Shown here: positions 17,255 to 26,430 of the stretch, piece by piece
Position numbering within the stretch: position 1 is the first letter of the stretch
Layout of the letters: each line of letters starts with the position of its first letter
Virus record (IMG/VR): IMGVR_UViG_3300048580_000754
Coordinates: 1-36,444 of that record
Origin: a virus
Taxonomy: Duplodnaviria > Caudoviricetes
Strand: one strand, 5' to 3'
DNA length: 36,444 nt
Position numbers and translations under genes: made by a program
Notes under the pieces: model-generated
Seen by the model: the letters and a program-made list of their open reading frames with translations, nothing else
Database searches by the model: none
Told to the model about the DNA's origin: nothing

Positions 17255-18964
17255 TCAAACCACCGCCGGCCCGCGGCGTTCGTCCGCCTCGCACTCCACC
17301 GACAGGTCGTTGACCACCGTGCGCCCGCGGCTGCCGGTCACCTCGATCTGCACGTAGCGCCCGCGCCGGTGAATCTGCCGGGCCTGCTCCAGCTCTTGGT
17401 GCAGGTCGCCGGTCAGGCCGTTGGCCGCCAGCTCCAGCCCGTCGGCGCCCACGTTCAGCGCGTAGTCCTGCCGGTAGGGCGTGTGGAAATCGTCGCCCTC
17501 ATTCGTCGGGTCCCAGGCCGTGGCGTCGTGCGGCCGGTCGTAGGCCGTGGCGCTGCGCGTCTGGCTCGTCACCAGCGCCCGATCTTCGGCGACGCCCTCG
17601 ACCACGGCGGCCAGGGAATGTTGCGGCCACCACGTCGCCAGCCGGAAGCGCGCTTCGCCGAACCGTTTCCGCCCCGGAATGCCGGCGCCGTAACCGCGGC
17701 TGCGAAAGGTCGTGGCCACGCTGGCGCTGCTCCAGGCGCCCAGGCTGCCGGGAATCTGGTCAAGGTAACCGTCCTCATACAGGCACACGTAACCGTCGTC
17801 GGAAATGTAGATGAGCCGGATCTCGCCGCCGTAGGGAATCTTCAGCCAGTCAAACACCTTCACCACCGCCGCCGTGTCGTGCCCGCACCACCGCTGCGTG
17901 AGCGTGTCATACACCAGCACGGCGTTGTTGTAGTCCGCCTCGTCGAGCGGCACGGCCACATACACCTTGTTGTCCCAGAAGGCCATGGTGGCATTGCCCG
18001 AAGCTTGCCAGTTGATGCGTTGGATCAGCGGGTCAATGTCGCGGCTCACCGGCACGTCCACGCCCTGCAGCTTGTTCTGCTCCGTCTGCCGGATCGAGCA
18101 CACCCCGCGGCGATGCGCCAGGAACCACACGTCATTGCCCACCTGCACCACGGCCTTGGGCGAGCGGATGCCGTATTCCGTGGAGATGCTGTCGAGCCGG
18201 GCGTTGGCGCTGATGTCCGCGTTGGTCCCGTAGATGTTCGACACCGCGTAAACCGAGTCCTCCTTGAACGCCAGCAGGGTCGTCTCGTTGAACTTGTAGA
18301 GCGCCACCAGCGAATCGCGGCTGCCCTGGTTGATGCGGAAGGCGTTGTAAATCGCGTCGCCCTTCAGCGTGTCGAGCGTCGAGCCGAAGTCCGACACAAA
18401 CACCAGGTCACGGTAACTGGCCGACACGCCGCTGCGGTCGATCACGAACAGGCGGTTGGCGAAATAGATGCCGTTGTCCGACGCCGGCAGGGCCCGCGTG
18501 CCGCCCGTGGGCACCGGGAGCGTCTTCCACCCCTCGTCCAGGTCGTCGCAGTAAATCGGGTCGTAATCCTCGCCCCGTAGCATTACCAGCCCGGAGAAAG
18601 TCTGGAGGATCTGCACCCGCTCGGGAATGACCGTGCCGGAGGGCAGGGGCATCGGCGAGCCCGTGGTGCCCGGCCGCGTCTTGTAAACGCCGCTGGTCGT
18701 GGCGATGATCAGCCACACCCCGCCGCCGATGGGGTCATTGAACACGCCGGCGCCGGCCACGTTGCCGTAGGGCAGGATGTCGCCCGGCCCATAACCCGCC
18801 TCGCTGCGGGCGCCCCACGACAGCAGGCGCACGCCCTTGCGCGGCGCGGCGCGGCCATCACGGAACCGCAGGTTGATGCCGAGCGCGGCCAGCCCCGGCT
18901 CCAGTTGTCCCGGGTCCCGGCGCATGTCCACGCCCACCCAGCCGCGATCTCCTTCGAGGGTCAT
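17255..18964 (-). CDS. Tail nozzle / tubular protein B-like (P22 gp10, T7 gp12 analogue)
   Basis: 569-aa beta-rich propeller-like protein (NRLFV, G..SPKAVVQVGNDVWFL); podovirus gene order. Confidence 0.7.
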   Translation of the reverse strand: MTLEGDRGWVGVDMRRDPGQLEPGLAALGINLRFRDGRAAPRKGVRLLSWGARSEAGYGPGDILPYGNVAGAGVFNDPIGGGVWLIIATTSGVYKTRPGTTGSPMPLPSGTVIPERVQILQTFSGLVMLRGEDYDPIYCDDLDEGWKTLPVPTGGTRALPASDNGIYFANRLFVIDRSGVSASYRDLVFVSDFGSTLDTLKGDAIYNAFRINQGSRDSLVALYKFNETTLLAFKEDSVYAVSNIYGTNADISANARLDSISTEYGIRSPKAVVQVGNDVWFLAHRRGVCSIRQTEQNKLQGVDVPVSRDIDPLIQRINWQASGNATMAFWDNKVYVAVPLDEADYNNAVLVYDTLTQRWCGHDTAAVVKVFDWLKIPYGGEIRLIYISDDGYVCLYEDGYLDQIPGSLGAWSSASVATTFRSRGYGAGIPGRKRFGEARFRLATWWPQHSLAAVVEGVAEDRALVTSQTRSATAYDRPHDATAWDPTNEGDDFHTPYRQDYALNVGADGLELAANGLTGDLHQELEQARQIHRRGRYVQIEVTGSRGRTVVNDLSVECEADERRGPAVV

Positions 18965-18998
18965 ATCAAATCGGTTTGAAACAGTAGGGGCACGGGTA

Positions 18999-19070
18999 AA
19001 CAGCGAAGGCGCGAAGGCGCGAAGACAGGGAAACCGTGTTCAATCTTCGCGTCTTTGCGCCTTCGCTGTT
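18999..19070. repeat. Empty inverted pair of A repeats (hairpin)
   Basis: 18999-19024 and 19045-19070, 20-nt spacer. Confidence 0.85.
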
Positions 19071-19073
19071 CAT

Positions 19074-19259
19074 TCACTCCCTCCCGCCGGCCTCGCGGAC
19101 GTAGTCGGCTTCGCTCTTGGCGTTGAGGGCTTGCAGCTCGGCGATCTGCTCGGGCGTGAGTTCGCCGCGTTGCTTCAGCAGCCGGAGCACGTCGAGAGCG
19201 TAAGGGGCGAGAGCCTTGGCGGCTTCAAGGGCGAGCGGTATGGCGATGGCGGCACTCAT
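19074..19259 (-). CDS. Small hypothetical protein of the lysis block
   Basis: ATGA overlap with the upstream lipoprotein. Confidence 0.6.
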   Translation of the reverse strand: MSAAIAIPLALEAAKALAPYALDVLRLLKQRGELTPEQIAELQALNAKSEADYVREAGGRE

Positions 19260-19708
19260 TTGGCAAAGGCGTTGACGGTGGTTTCGAGGTCAGTGAGCAG
19301 GGCCAGCACCTGGCCGGCGGCCGGTTGCTGCGTGTCGTAGCGGGCGGCGGCGAAGGCGGTGGCCCATGCGGCGGAGAACTTCCGCCGCGCATCGTCCACT
19401 TGGAGCCGGCGTTCGAGGAGCTTCGCGTGGGCGGCTTCGCGCTGGCCATCGGGCAAGGCATCGGCGCGCTTCTGTTCGCGCACCACGTAGCCGGCCCACA
19501 GCTTCATGGCGGCGTCGGCCCCGTATTGGATGCCGGCGAGGGTCTTTTGGCTGTTGGCTTTGGTGGAAGCGCATCCGGCAAAGAAACAGCCTATGCCAAG
19601 CAGCATGAGGCAAAGGAGTATCTTGCCCAGATGGTCCTCAATCCACCATTCCACTTTGTCGTGCCACGGAATCGGGCGGCCGTAGATGTCGGTTTTTGGG
19701 GTCTTCAT
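19256..19708 (-). CDS. Helical lipoprotein (possible spanin-like lysis accessory)
   Basis: Hydrophobic stretch ending FFAGC, followed by coiled-coil helices. Confidence 0.5.
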   Translation of the reverse strand: MKTPKTDIYGRPIPWHDKVEWWIEDHLGKILLCLMLLGIGCFFAGCASTKANSQKTLAGIQYGADAAMKLWAGYVVREQKRADALPDGQREAAHAKLLERRLQVDDARRKFSAAWATAFAAARYDTQQPAAGQVLALLTDLETTVNAFAK

Positions 19709-20019
19709 GGTTTTGGAATGTTCACCGTTTGGCCGGTCCGGGCTTGGAGCGGGAGTTTCACGCTGGCGATGTAGTCGGCGAGGAAAGCAAGCAGGCGATA
19801 GGTGCGGCTGGCGAACAGGGCGTTAATGCGGTCCACGGCATCGGCGTCCTTGGTCGAGACGCTGAATTCCACGAAGGCCGCGATGGCTTCCTCCAGCTTG
19901 CCGGAAACCAGCTTGAAGGCGACGCGGGCGGTGCCGATCCACGTCAGCGCGGCGGCGAGCCAGCCGTGTTTGGCGGAATAGGTATCAAGCAGGCCGGCAA
20001 TGAGCGTTTCTTCGTTCAT
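19705..20019 (-). CDS. Putative holin-like membrane protein
   Basis: 104 aa with amphipathic/hydrophobic helices in a block of membrane proteins. Confidence 0.4.
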   Translation of the reverse strand: MNEETLIAGLLDTYSAKHGWLAAALTWIGTARVAFKLVSGKLEEAIAAFVEFSVSTKDADAVDRINALFASRTYRLLAFLADYIASVKLPLQARTGQTVNIPKP

Positions 20020-20375
20020 CGTTGTTGGGTGTTGATGCTAGCACGCACGGAATCGAGGGAGGATTTGATGACCCAGCCGCCGATGGTGATGCCGAGGAAG
20101 CTGAGAATGCCGATGACCAGACCCACGACCGCGACGTGGACGCGTTGCTCGGACTTGAGGTTGTGCAGTTCGGCGGTGATGTCGGTCTTCAGAGTGTGCA
20201 TTTGGTTGTTGTGTGCCTCCCAGCGGCCCCGGGCTTCCTTCTCAAAATCATCCAAGCGCGCCTCGGTGCGGTTGGCTTGTTCCCGCAGCGCGTCTACTAC
20301 CGGCTCCAGATGGGTGAGTCGGTCGGCCATTGCGTTCAGGCGTTTCCATACGTCGCCCTGGCTGATGGGTGCCAT
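20016..20375 (-). CDS. Coiled-coil protein with C-terminal transmembrane helix (holin/XhlA-like)
   Basis: N-terminal coiled coil, then VAVVGLVIGILSFLGITIGGWVI. Confidence 0.5.
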   Translation of the reverse strand: MAPISQGDVWKRLNAMADRLTHLEPVVDALREQANRTEARLDDFEKEARGRWEAHNNQMHTLKTDITAELHNLKSEQRVHVAVVGLVIGILSFLGITIGGWVIKSSLDSVRASINTQQR

Positions 20376-20376
20376 T

Positions 20377-20757
20377 TCATGGTTGTGTAAACATTGTGGG
20401 CGAGTAAGTCGCGAGGCCGTGGGTGGCGAGGAACTCGAAGGGTGCGGCGCCGTTGGTGAGGTCGTAGTCCAGCACCAGCGTCACGCCGGCAAACGGCGGC
20501 GTGTTGGCCAACACGTTGAGCTTGGCGCGATTGGTTGCGGAGAACGGCGTCGCGCACCAGAAGTGCGTCACGTTGGTTGCGGGTGGCGTGACCAGCGCCG
20601 CGGTGAACGTGAACTCGCCGCCAAGCGGATCGAACTCTGCCTTGGCCACCGCGTTGGCCGCGTCGCGGAGGTGCGCGGGAACGATGATGACCGTGGAGGT
20701 TTGCGCCAACAGCGCGAGCGGGAGTATTGCGAGCAGGATGGCAAGGATGATTCTCAT
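20377..20757 (-). CDS. Secreted hypothetical protein (126 aa)
   Basis: Signal peptide MRIILAILLAILPLALLA-Q. Confidence 0.65.
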   Translation of the reverse strand: MRIILAILLAILPLALLAQTSTVIIVPAHLRDAANAVAKAEFDPLGGEFTFTAALVTPPATNVTHFWCATPFSATNRAKLNVLANTPPFAGVTLVLDYDLTNGAAPFEFLATHGLATYSPTMFTQP

Positions 20758-21512
20758 GGCGCAGGGGTCCCATATTTCTCAGCTGACCGTAGGTAAGCCT
20801 CCACGTTCTGCCGCTCCGTCGTGGTCAGTGTTCGGTTGTAGAAGATCAGCTCGGCCACATAGACGGCTGAAAACTCAAAGTTTGACCGCGCAAACAGCCG
20901 GTCAAAGTCAGTTGTGCCGGTGGCGGAGGCCGCGGTCAGGGTTTGAGCCGTTCCATCCACCCACGCATTGAGCGTTCCCGACGCATCCTGGCCGGTGAGC
21001 ACGTGCCACGCATGGCTTGGGATTGTGGCGTATTTCTGGTCTGTCCTCGATGCGACATAAAGCCGAGAGAGTGAGCCGTATTCGATCGGGCTGTAGGGGG
21101 GAGTGATTGACGCCGTTGCCAGCGCGTAGCCCAGCGACCCGCTGGCCGAGCGTTTCTGCACCGAGAACACGGTCCAACTGGCCGTTGAGGATACGGACGC
21201 GGAAAGGGTCATCAGGTCGTTTACGCCGTCCGCGAGCACTGCATTGTGCCCATTGACTTCGCCGGTCTGAAGCGTGGGGCGCGAAGCGAGCGTGGCTTGC
21301 GTCGCGTTAATCGTGGTCGGGGTGCGCGCTGACCATGTTTGCACCGTGTCGCCATCGGCCCCGGAAATGTCATCGGCAACCAGCCAGATCGTGAGCCCGG
21401 AAACGTCGGCCGGGCTGAATGCCGCCGCGCTCGCCCCGTTCTGCGCGAAGAACAGCGGCGTCGGCGCGTAGCAGCGGAGCGCGAGCAGGAGGGAAAGGAG
21501 GAGCGTTTTCAT
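20754..21512 (-). CDS. LamG/concanavalin-like lectin-domain protein with signal-like N-terminus
   Basis: FSPADVSGLTIWLVAD, ATQAT..SRPTL and VAELIFYNRTLTTTERQNVEAYL..KYG motifs; begins MKTLLLSLLLALRC. Confidence 0.7.
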   Translation of the reverse strand: MKTLLLSLLLALRCYAPTPLFFAQNGASAAAFSPADVSGLTIWLVADDISGADGDTVQTWSARTPTTINATQATLASRPTLQTGEVNGHNAVLADGVNDLMTLSASVSSTASWTVFSVQKRSASGSLGYALATASITPPYSPIEYGSLSRLYVASRTDQKYATIPSHAWHVLTGQDASGTLNAWVDGTAQTLTAASATGTTDFDRLFARSNFEFSAVYVAELIFYNRTLTTTERQNVEAYLRSAEKYGTPAP

Positions 21513-21619
21513 CGCATGGCGGGTGGGTTATACGTGGGCGGTGTCTTACATCCGCACGCGAGTCCACACAGCAAAACCATCAGCAGGAGTGACCAAGCCC
21601 GTCTGGGGTTCAAACGCAT
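21509..21619 (-). CDS. Possible 36-aa lipoprotein overlapping the protease gene end
   Basis: MRLNPRRAWSLLLMVLLCGLACG-C; its stop overlaps the next ATG (ATGA). Confidence 0.4.
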   Translation of the reverse strand: MRLNPRRAWSLLLMVLLCGLACGCKTPPTYNPPAMR

Positions 21620-21944
21620 AGAGTATTTCATCGGAGCACAGGCAGAGGTTGAGAACATGCGCGGAGCGATCCTGCAAACAGGACGCTTCGCCAAAAGTGT
21701 GGCCGGCATCGCGCAAGCCGGCCTTGACCAAGGCCAGGTCCGCTTCGTGCGCGGCCCAGCGGGCAAACTGCTCGCAGTCGAATGTTTCCGGGATAAACTC
21801 CAGTTTCTTGCCAGCGAGATAGCTCCCGAACTCAACAAGCCATTCCCGCGACGGCGCGGCATATGCCGAATCCATGAGCACGATGTCGCGCACGCCAATG
21901 GCGCGCAGCTTCGTATAGATCAGTTCGATGGAAACAGCTTTCAT
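21546..21944 (-). CDS. Papain/transglutaminase-like cysteine protease (agglutinin C-terminal-like)
   Basis: FDCEQFA, HVLN and FEPQ give a Cys-His-Glu triad; ATG 1 nt after the tailspike stop. Confidence 0.65.
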   Translation of the reverse strand: MKAVSIELIYTKLRAIGVRDIVLMDSAYAAPSREWLVEFGSYLAGKKLEFIPETFDCEQFARWAAHEADLALVKAGLRDAGHTFGEASCLQDRSAHVLNLCLCSDEILYAFEPQTGLVTPADGFAVWTRVRM

Positions 21945-21945
21945 C

Positions 21946-24531
21946 TCAGTAGGCTCCCAGGTTGACCGACACGCGGTTGGTTCCACCGACCGACACGACG
22001 CTCCACGCGAGTTCGGCCCAGCCGTTCGTGGCGCCGGTGATCGTGAGTGTGGTTGAGCCGGTCGCCGTCGCGGCGGAGCTGCCCGCGGCGCGGCCGGGTG
22101 AACTGACAAGCACCGTGACGTTGGTGGTGGCGGGAATCAGATGCACCACGCCGCCGTCATTGTCCGTGAGGCCCGACCAGAGCAACTGGAAGTTGTTCGT
22201 GACCGTCAACAGGCTGCGTTGCATCGGTCCTTTGCCCGCTGTGATCGTGACGTTCGTGGTTGAATAGGTGAGCGTCTCGGTCGTGGGCTTGAGCGCGACT
22301 TGGACGCCTTCAACGGCTAACTGCCCAGCACTCAACCGCGAAAGCGTGGTGTCAGAGGCGTGGCTGAGTTCGATGCCCGCGGTCGTCTCAAATGTCCCGG
22401 TCGCCTTCACGGTTCCGGCAACCAGGTTCAGCGTCCCGCCGGTCGTTGCGGTGCTGTTGGTCGAAGCCGTGATCGTGTGGCCATTAAAAGTGATCCGGCG
22501 ATTGCCCGTTCCGGGGTTGAACAAAACCGCATCGTTGGTTGAGCCGGCGGTGAAGATGCCGAGCGATGCCGAAGTGTTGGCGGCTTGCAGCGTCAGCGCC
22601 TTCTCGGTCAGCCCGGTGGCATTGTCGCGGGCGTAAATGCTCGTCCCCGTGATGATGACGCGCCGATCTAGTGTGCCGCCAATCGAGAACTCGATGTTCT
22701 CCGCGGACGCACTGGCGGGTCGCAGCAGGCGCGAGTTCGGATACGGCGTAGACAGGGCCGACGTCCGGTTCCAACGGGCGCTCGCATCCTCGTAATGCTG
22801 GCCGCCGAACGTCAGCTTCCCGCCGCCGGCAACCCAATTCAACGTGGTGCCCGCATACCACAGGTCACGAGTCTTCACGGTGCCAGCGTTGATGGTGGAG
22901 TTGACGTTGCACCCAAACAGCCGATAAGTCGAATTCGTCGGAAACGTGCAGTTGAAGAAATCCATGTTGTCCACGTCGCCGCCTTGGCCCAACCAAATCA
23001 CATAACCAGAAGTTTCCACGCCTGTAAAACCTTCCAGCGACAGGCCGTTGATGCCCATGGTTCCGTCGGAGTAGACCGCAGCGTAACACTTGGTGTATTC
23101 GACATTCAGGCCATACCACTGCGACCGATTGCCGCCGGCTTGATAAATGCCGTAGAGCGCCGCGGTGCCGATGTAGGCTTCCAGCGAGGCGGTGCCGCTC
23201 ACCGAGCCGGACGGCGCGGCGGACAACACGTAGCTGAGGCCGGTCGCGTTGGTCGCCGTGACGGTGTGAATACCGTTGAACTCGCTTGGACTGAGGCCGC
23301 TCACGATGACCAGGTTGCCGACAATCAGGTTGGTCATAAACGCGGCCGAAATTCCGCTTATCGTGACGTTCGTTCCGGTGTTCGACGGCGTGCCCGTGGC
23401 GGTGTTGTTCGGGTATTGGGGAGTGTTCCGGATGTCGCAGCCGAACATGAAGTTTTGTGTGCCGCTCCCGCGCATGTCCCAGCCGGTGCCGGAGTAGCCA
23501 TACACGTCCACGTTGAAATACTGGTTAGAATAGTGGCTGTAACCCTCTGCGGCTTGAATCGGAATCCAAGCATTCTTCAGGCTGATGTCGGAAAACGTCG
23601 TGTTGTAAACGGTCAACTGCTTCAGCGCGACGCAGTTGGTGTTCGTGGGCAGGCTCGCCCCGTCGTAACGGATGAGCAGGCCGGAGACGCGGCCACCGCC
23701 GCCGGCCACCACGACGATGGGCGCGTTGGTGGACGTGGAGAAGATTTCCGCGCCGCTGTTGTCGCTTGGCCCGGCGCCCGTGATGATGAAAGACCGGTCG
23801 CTGGTTGAGTTGGTCAGCCAGAGCGTGCCGGTGACCTTGTAGCGCCCGGCCGGAATATAGAGAGGTTGCCCATCGCGGGCGTCCCACGCTGCTTGAATGG
23901 CCGTCGTGTCGTCATTCGTGCCGTCACCCATTGCGCCGAACATTTGTGGGGTGACTCCGAGCGCGTCAGGAAGCCGCTGCCATGCGTAAATTGGATTGCT
24001 TGTAGACGCAAGGAAGGTGCCACGGTTAGTGCTTCCAGAACTGGTCAGCACGCGGCGAACATTTCCGCCACCACCGTCGCCGGCAGACGTGTAACCAAGG
24101 ACTTCCACATAGCTGAACACATCCGAAGTGGTCGGATCGGCGGCCACGAGGTCGGCGATGGTTGGAACGGTCCGCAACCGGGCGCGAACGGACGTGGACG
24201 CGAGCCCGACATCCAGCGCGGCACCGTAGTCATTGCCGAATGACAGCACGGATTCGTCTGCCAGGTCGTAAGTCAGTGAGCCGCGCACGGTCGCATTCGT
24301 CAGCGACCCCGTGAGGTTCACGGCGGCGCCGTTGGTGATGTTCAGCTTGTTGGCCGCACTGTTGGTCGCGATGGCGTCGATGTTGTAGCCGTTGAGCGTG
24401 ACGCCCGTGATCGCGTTTCCGACGTAGAGATTGGTCAGCACGCGGAAGTTGTTCACCTGCTGCTGCGCGGCAGCGGCAAACCCAAACCACAGTGCCAGGA
24501 TGATGGCCCACAGTGTTCTCATAATGTTCAT
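21946..24531 (-). CDS. Tailspike-like beta-helix (pectate lyase 3-like) protein with N-terminal signal peptide
   Basis: GYTSAGDGGGG and FGAMGDGTNDDTTAIQAA...LYIPAGRY motifs; start ATGA-coupled at 24531. Confidence 0.8.
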   Translation of the reverse strand: MNIMRTLWAIILALWFGFAAAAQQQVNNFRVLTNLYVGNAITGVTLNGYNIDAIATNSAANKLNITNGAAVNLTGSLTNATVRGSLTYDLADESVLSFGNDYGAALDVGLASTSVRARLRTVPTIADLVAADPTTSDVFSYVEVLGYTSAGDGGGGNVRRVLTSSGSTNRGTFLASTSNPIYAWQRLPDALGVTPQMFGAMGDGTNDDTTAIQAAWDARDGQPLYIPAGRYKVTGTLWLTNSTSDRSFIITGAGPSDNSGAEIFSTSTNAPIVVVAGGGGRVSGLLIRYDGASLPTNTNCVALKQLTVYNTTFSDISLKNAWIPIQAAEGYSHYSNQYFNVDVYGYSGTGWDMRGSGTQNFMFGCDIRNTPQYPNNTATGTPSNTGTNVTISGISAAFMTNLIVGNLVIVSGLSPSEFNGIHTVTATNATGLSYVLSAAPSGSVSGTASLEAYIGTAALYGIYQAGGNRSQWYGLNVEYTKCYAAVYSDGTMGINGLSLEGFTGVETSGYVIWLGQGGDVDNMDFFNCTFPTNSTYRLFGCNVNSTINAGTVKTRDLWYAGTTLNWVAGGGKLTFGGQHYEDASARWNRTSALSTPYPNSRLLRPASASAENIEFSIGGTLDRRVIITGTSIYARDNATGLTEKALTLQAANTSASLGIFTAGSTNDAVLFNPGTGNRRITFNGHTITASTNSTATTGGTLNLVAGTVKATGTFETTAGIELSHASDTTLSRLSAGQLAVEGVQVALKPTTETLTYSTTNVTITAGKGPMQRSLLTVTNNFQLLWSGLTDNDGGVVHLIPATTNVTVLVSSPGRAAGSSAATATGSTTLTITGATNGWAELAWSVVSVGGTNRVSVNLGAY

Positions 24532-25442
24532 CCGACCCACCCCGTGTTGCCGGTGCCGGTGGCCTTGACCCACGTTTGGGTGGCGGTGCTGGAGACCTGC
24601 TGCACGTAGATGCTACCGACCACGGCGGTGACCACGCCCTCGGGCGAGCCGGTGCCGGTGTAGATCCGCGGGCCGCTGCTCGCGGTGCTGCTGCTGGCCG
24701 CCTCGTCGTCCACGGCGGTGTAGGTGGCCGTGTTGCTCCACGCCACGCCGTTGAACCGGTGTGGCCGCACCTGGAACTCGATCCACACGCTGGGCTGTTC
24801 GGTGTAAACCTGCACGCCCACCTCGCTCCGGCGCCATGGCACATGCGGCGCCCCGGCGAAGGCCCGGGGATTCTCGGCGAACACGCCCATCACCCGGCCG
24901 ATGCTGGTGAAGCCGGTCTGGATCGGCGACACGTAGGGATCGAACGCCGCGAGCACGCCCCAGTAACTGGTGCTGCTCGGCAGGTTGCCCGTGCTGGCCG
25001 TGTGGCATTGGTAGAACCGGCCGGTCTCCGGGTAGTAGGCGAGGTCGCCCGCCACGTAGGCCGTGGTGGCGCTGTAATCGGCGGCGGAATAGGCCCGGGC
25101 GCAGGCGGCCCAATAGGCGCTGTTCTCGGTCCACACCCCGCCGCTTTCGGTGGCCGGCTCGTTGCCGGTGGTCGCCCGCAGGGCCTGGTAGTAGGTCTGC
25201 GTGGGCGGGTAGAACACCTCGGCGCCCGCGGCGTAGGCGGTGCCGTCCACGTAATGGTCGCGGAACCAGCGTTCCTCGCACCGCTGGAAGCCGAGCGCAC
25301 CCACGCGCCGGGCGATGTTGGCCAGGCCGCGGTTCACGCCGTCGCGGATCAGGGCAAACTCGCTGGCATCGAGGTTGTCGGGATCGAGTCCCAGCAGCCG
25401 GGCGATGCTGGCCTGAAGATCGGAGTAGGGGGCGGTCCTCAT
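24528..25442 (-). CDS. Head-tail adaptor / tubular protein A-like, N-terminal part, with CBM5/12-like repeats
   Basis: Helical N-terminus; two Y...TAY.AG..V.Y...YQ repeats; C-terminal GTGSPEGVVTAVVGSIY...WVKATGTGNTGW fibre motif. Confidence 0.6.
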   Translation of the reverse strand: MRTAPYSDLQASIARLLGLDPDNLDASEFALIRDGVNRGLANIARRVGALGFQRCEERWFRDHYVDGTAYAAGAEVFYPPTQTYYQALRATTGNEPATESGGVWTENSAYWAACARAYSAADYSATTAYVAGDLAYYPETGRFYQCHTASTGNLPSSTSYWGVLAAFDPYVSPIQTGFTSIGRVMGVFAENPRAFAGAPHVPWRRSEVGVQVYTEQPSVWIEFQVRPHRFNGVAWSNTATYTAVDDEAASSSTASSGPRIYTGTGSPEGVVTAVVGSIYVQQVSSTATQTWVKATGTGNTGWVG

Positions 25443-25732
25443 CGCGTGAACACTTGGATGGGTTGGCCGTTGCCGTTCTCCCGGTGATAGTTGAGCGCCA
25501 GCAAGTTCAGCGCGGCATCAGCCACGCGGCGTTGCGGCAGCACCTGTTCGACCAGCGACCGGCCGAGGGCCTGCATGGCGTAGGCGACCGCTTCCTCCTC
25601 CAGGTAGGGCAGCCATTCCTCGGGCAGGGCGAGCCGATTCCACTTGGCCGGATGGGTGTCCGGCGATTGCGCGGCGGTCGTGTCGCTCACGCATTCCCAG
25701 AAGTCGCCGGCGTAGTAAGCCTGGGAGGGCAT
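25439..25732 (-). CDS. Adaptor-associated protein (probable detached C-terminal part)
   Basis: Begins with half a CBM repeat (QAYYAGDFWEC...SP...KW), followed by helices. Confidence 0.55.
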   Translation of the reverse strand: MPSQAYYAGDFWECVSDTTAAQSPDTHPAKWNRLALPEEWLPYLEEEAVAYAMQALGRSLVEQVLPQRRVADAALNLLALNYHRENGNGQPIQVFTR

Positions 25733-25738
25733 GGCGGT

Positions 25739-26044
25739 TTAGCGAACCAAGGGCGTGGCGTGGATGTCGCTGCTGGTGGCGCCCTGCCGGATGAACTTGG
25801 CGGCCTTGGCCACGGACAGCGGCACGATGGCGGACCAGCCGGCGGCAAGGTAATGCCCCTCGCTGGCGGTCGGCGTGCCCGCACCGTCGAAGACTGCCCG
25901 CACGGGTTGGGCCCCGTTGGTCAGCAACACGTGGGTGCAGGTAAAGTTGGCGGTCAGCGACACCGAACTGGTCGCGACGGCTAGGGCCTCGTCGGTCCCG
26001 GAAGGCCGCAGGTTGCTCAGGTCGAAATTGGGGGGCTGGTTCAT
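25739..26044 (-). CDS. Small beta-rich virion protein (101 aa)
   Basis: ATGA-coupled; VRAVFDG..TPTASEGH motif; post-capsid position. Confidence 0.6.
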   Translation of the reverse strand: MNQPPNFDLSNLRPSGTDEALAVATSSVSLTANFTCTHVLLTNGAQPVRAVFDGAGTPTASEGHYLAAGWSAIVPLSVAKAAKFIRQGATSSDIHATPLVR

Positions 26045-26418
26045 GCGTAGGACTTGTGAAACCGTTTGGCGGCGCCATCGGTCACGGAACCGACGGCAAG
26101 GGTGAGTTTGGCCGGGCGTTGGTTCACCCGGGCGTATTCGCTTTCGGGCCGCTTGAGCAGCCACGGCTTGAACTCGGGATCGAGCGGGTTGGCGCGTTGC
26201 ATGCCCACCTGTGCCCAGTAGTGGAACGGGTCCATGCGGTGGGTGATTTCGCCCAGGCCGGGCAAGGGGGTGCCGCCGTCGTGATTCATGCGGCCGATGG
26301 CCAGCATGCGCCGCTCGGCGTCGAGCGCCTGCGTCATTGCCTCGTCGGCCAGGAGTTCGTGCATCTCCTTCAGCTCCTCGGCGGACAGGTTCTCGGTCAG
26401 GGCTTCGAGCGCGGTCAT
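26041..26418 (-). CDS. Hypothetical protein (125 aa)
   Basis: In the operon, overlaps the downstream gene. Confidence 0.65.
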   Translation of the reverse strand: MTALEALTENLSAEELKEMHELLADEAMTQALDAERRMLAIGRMNHDGGTPLPGLGEITHRMDPFHYWAQVGMQRANPLDPEFKPWLLKRPESEYARVNQRPAKLTLAVGSVTDGAAKRFHKSYA

Positions 26419-26430
26419 GGGGCGGGGGTG

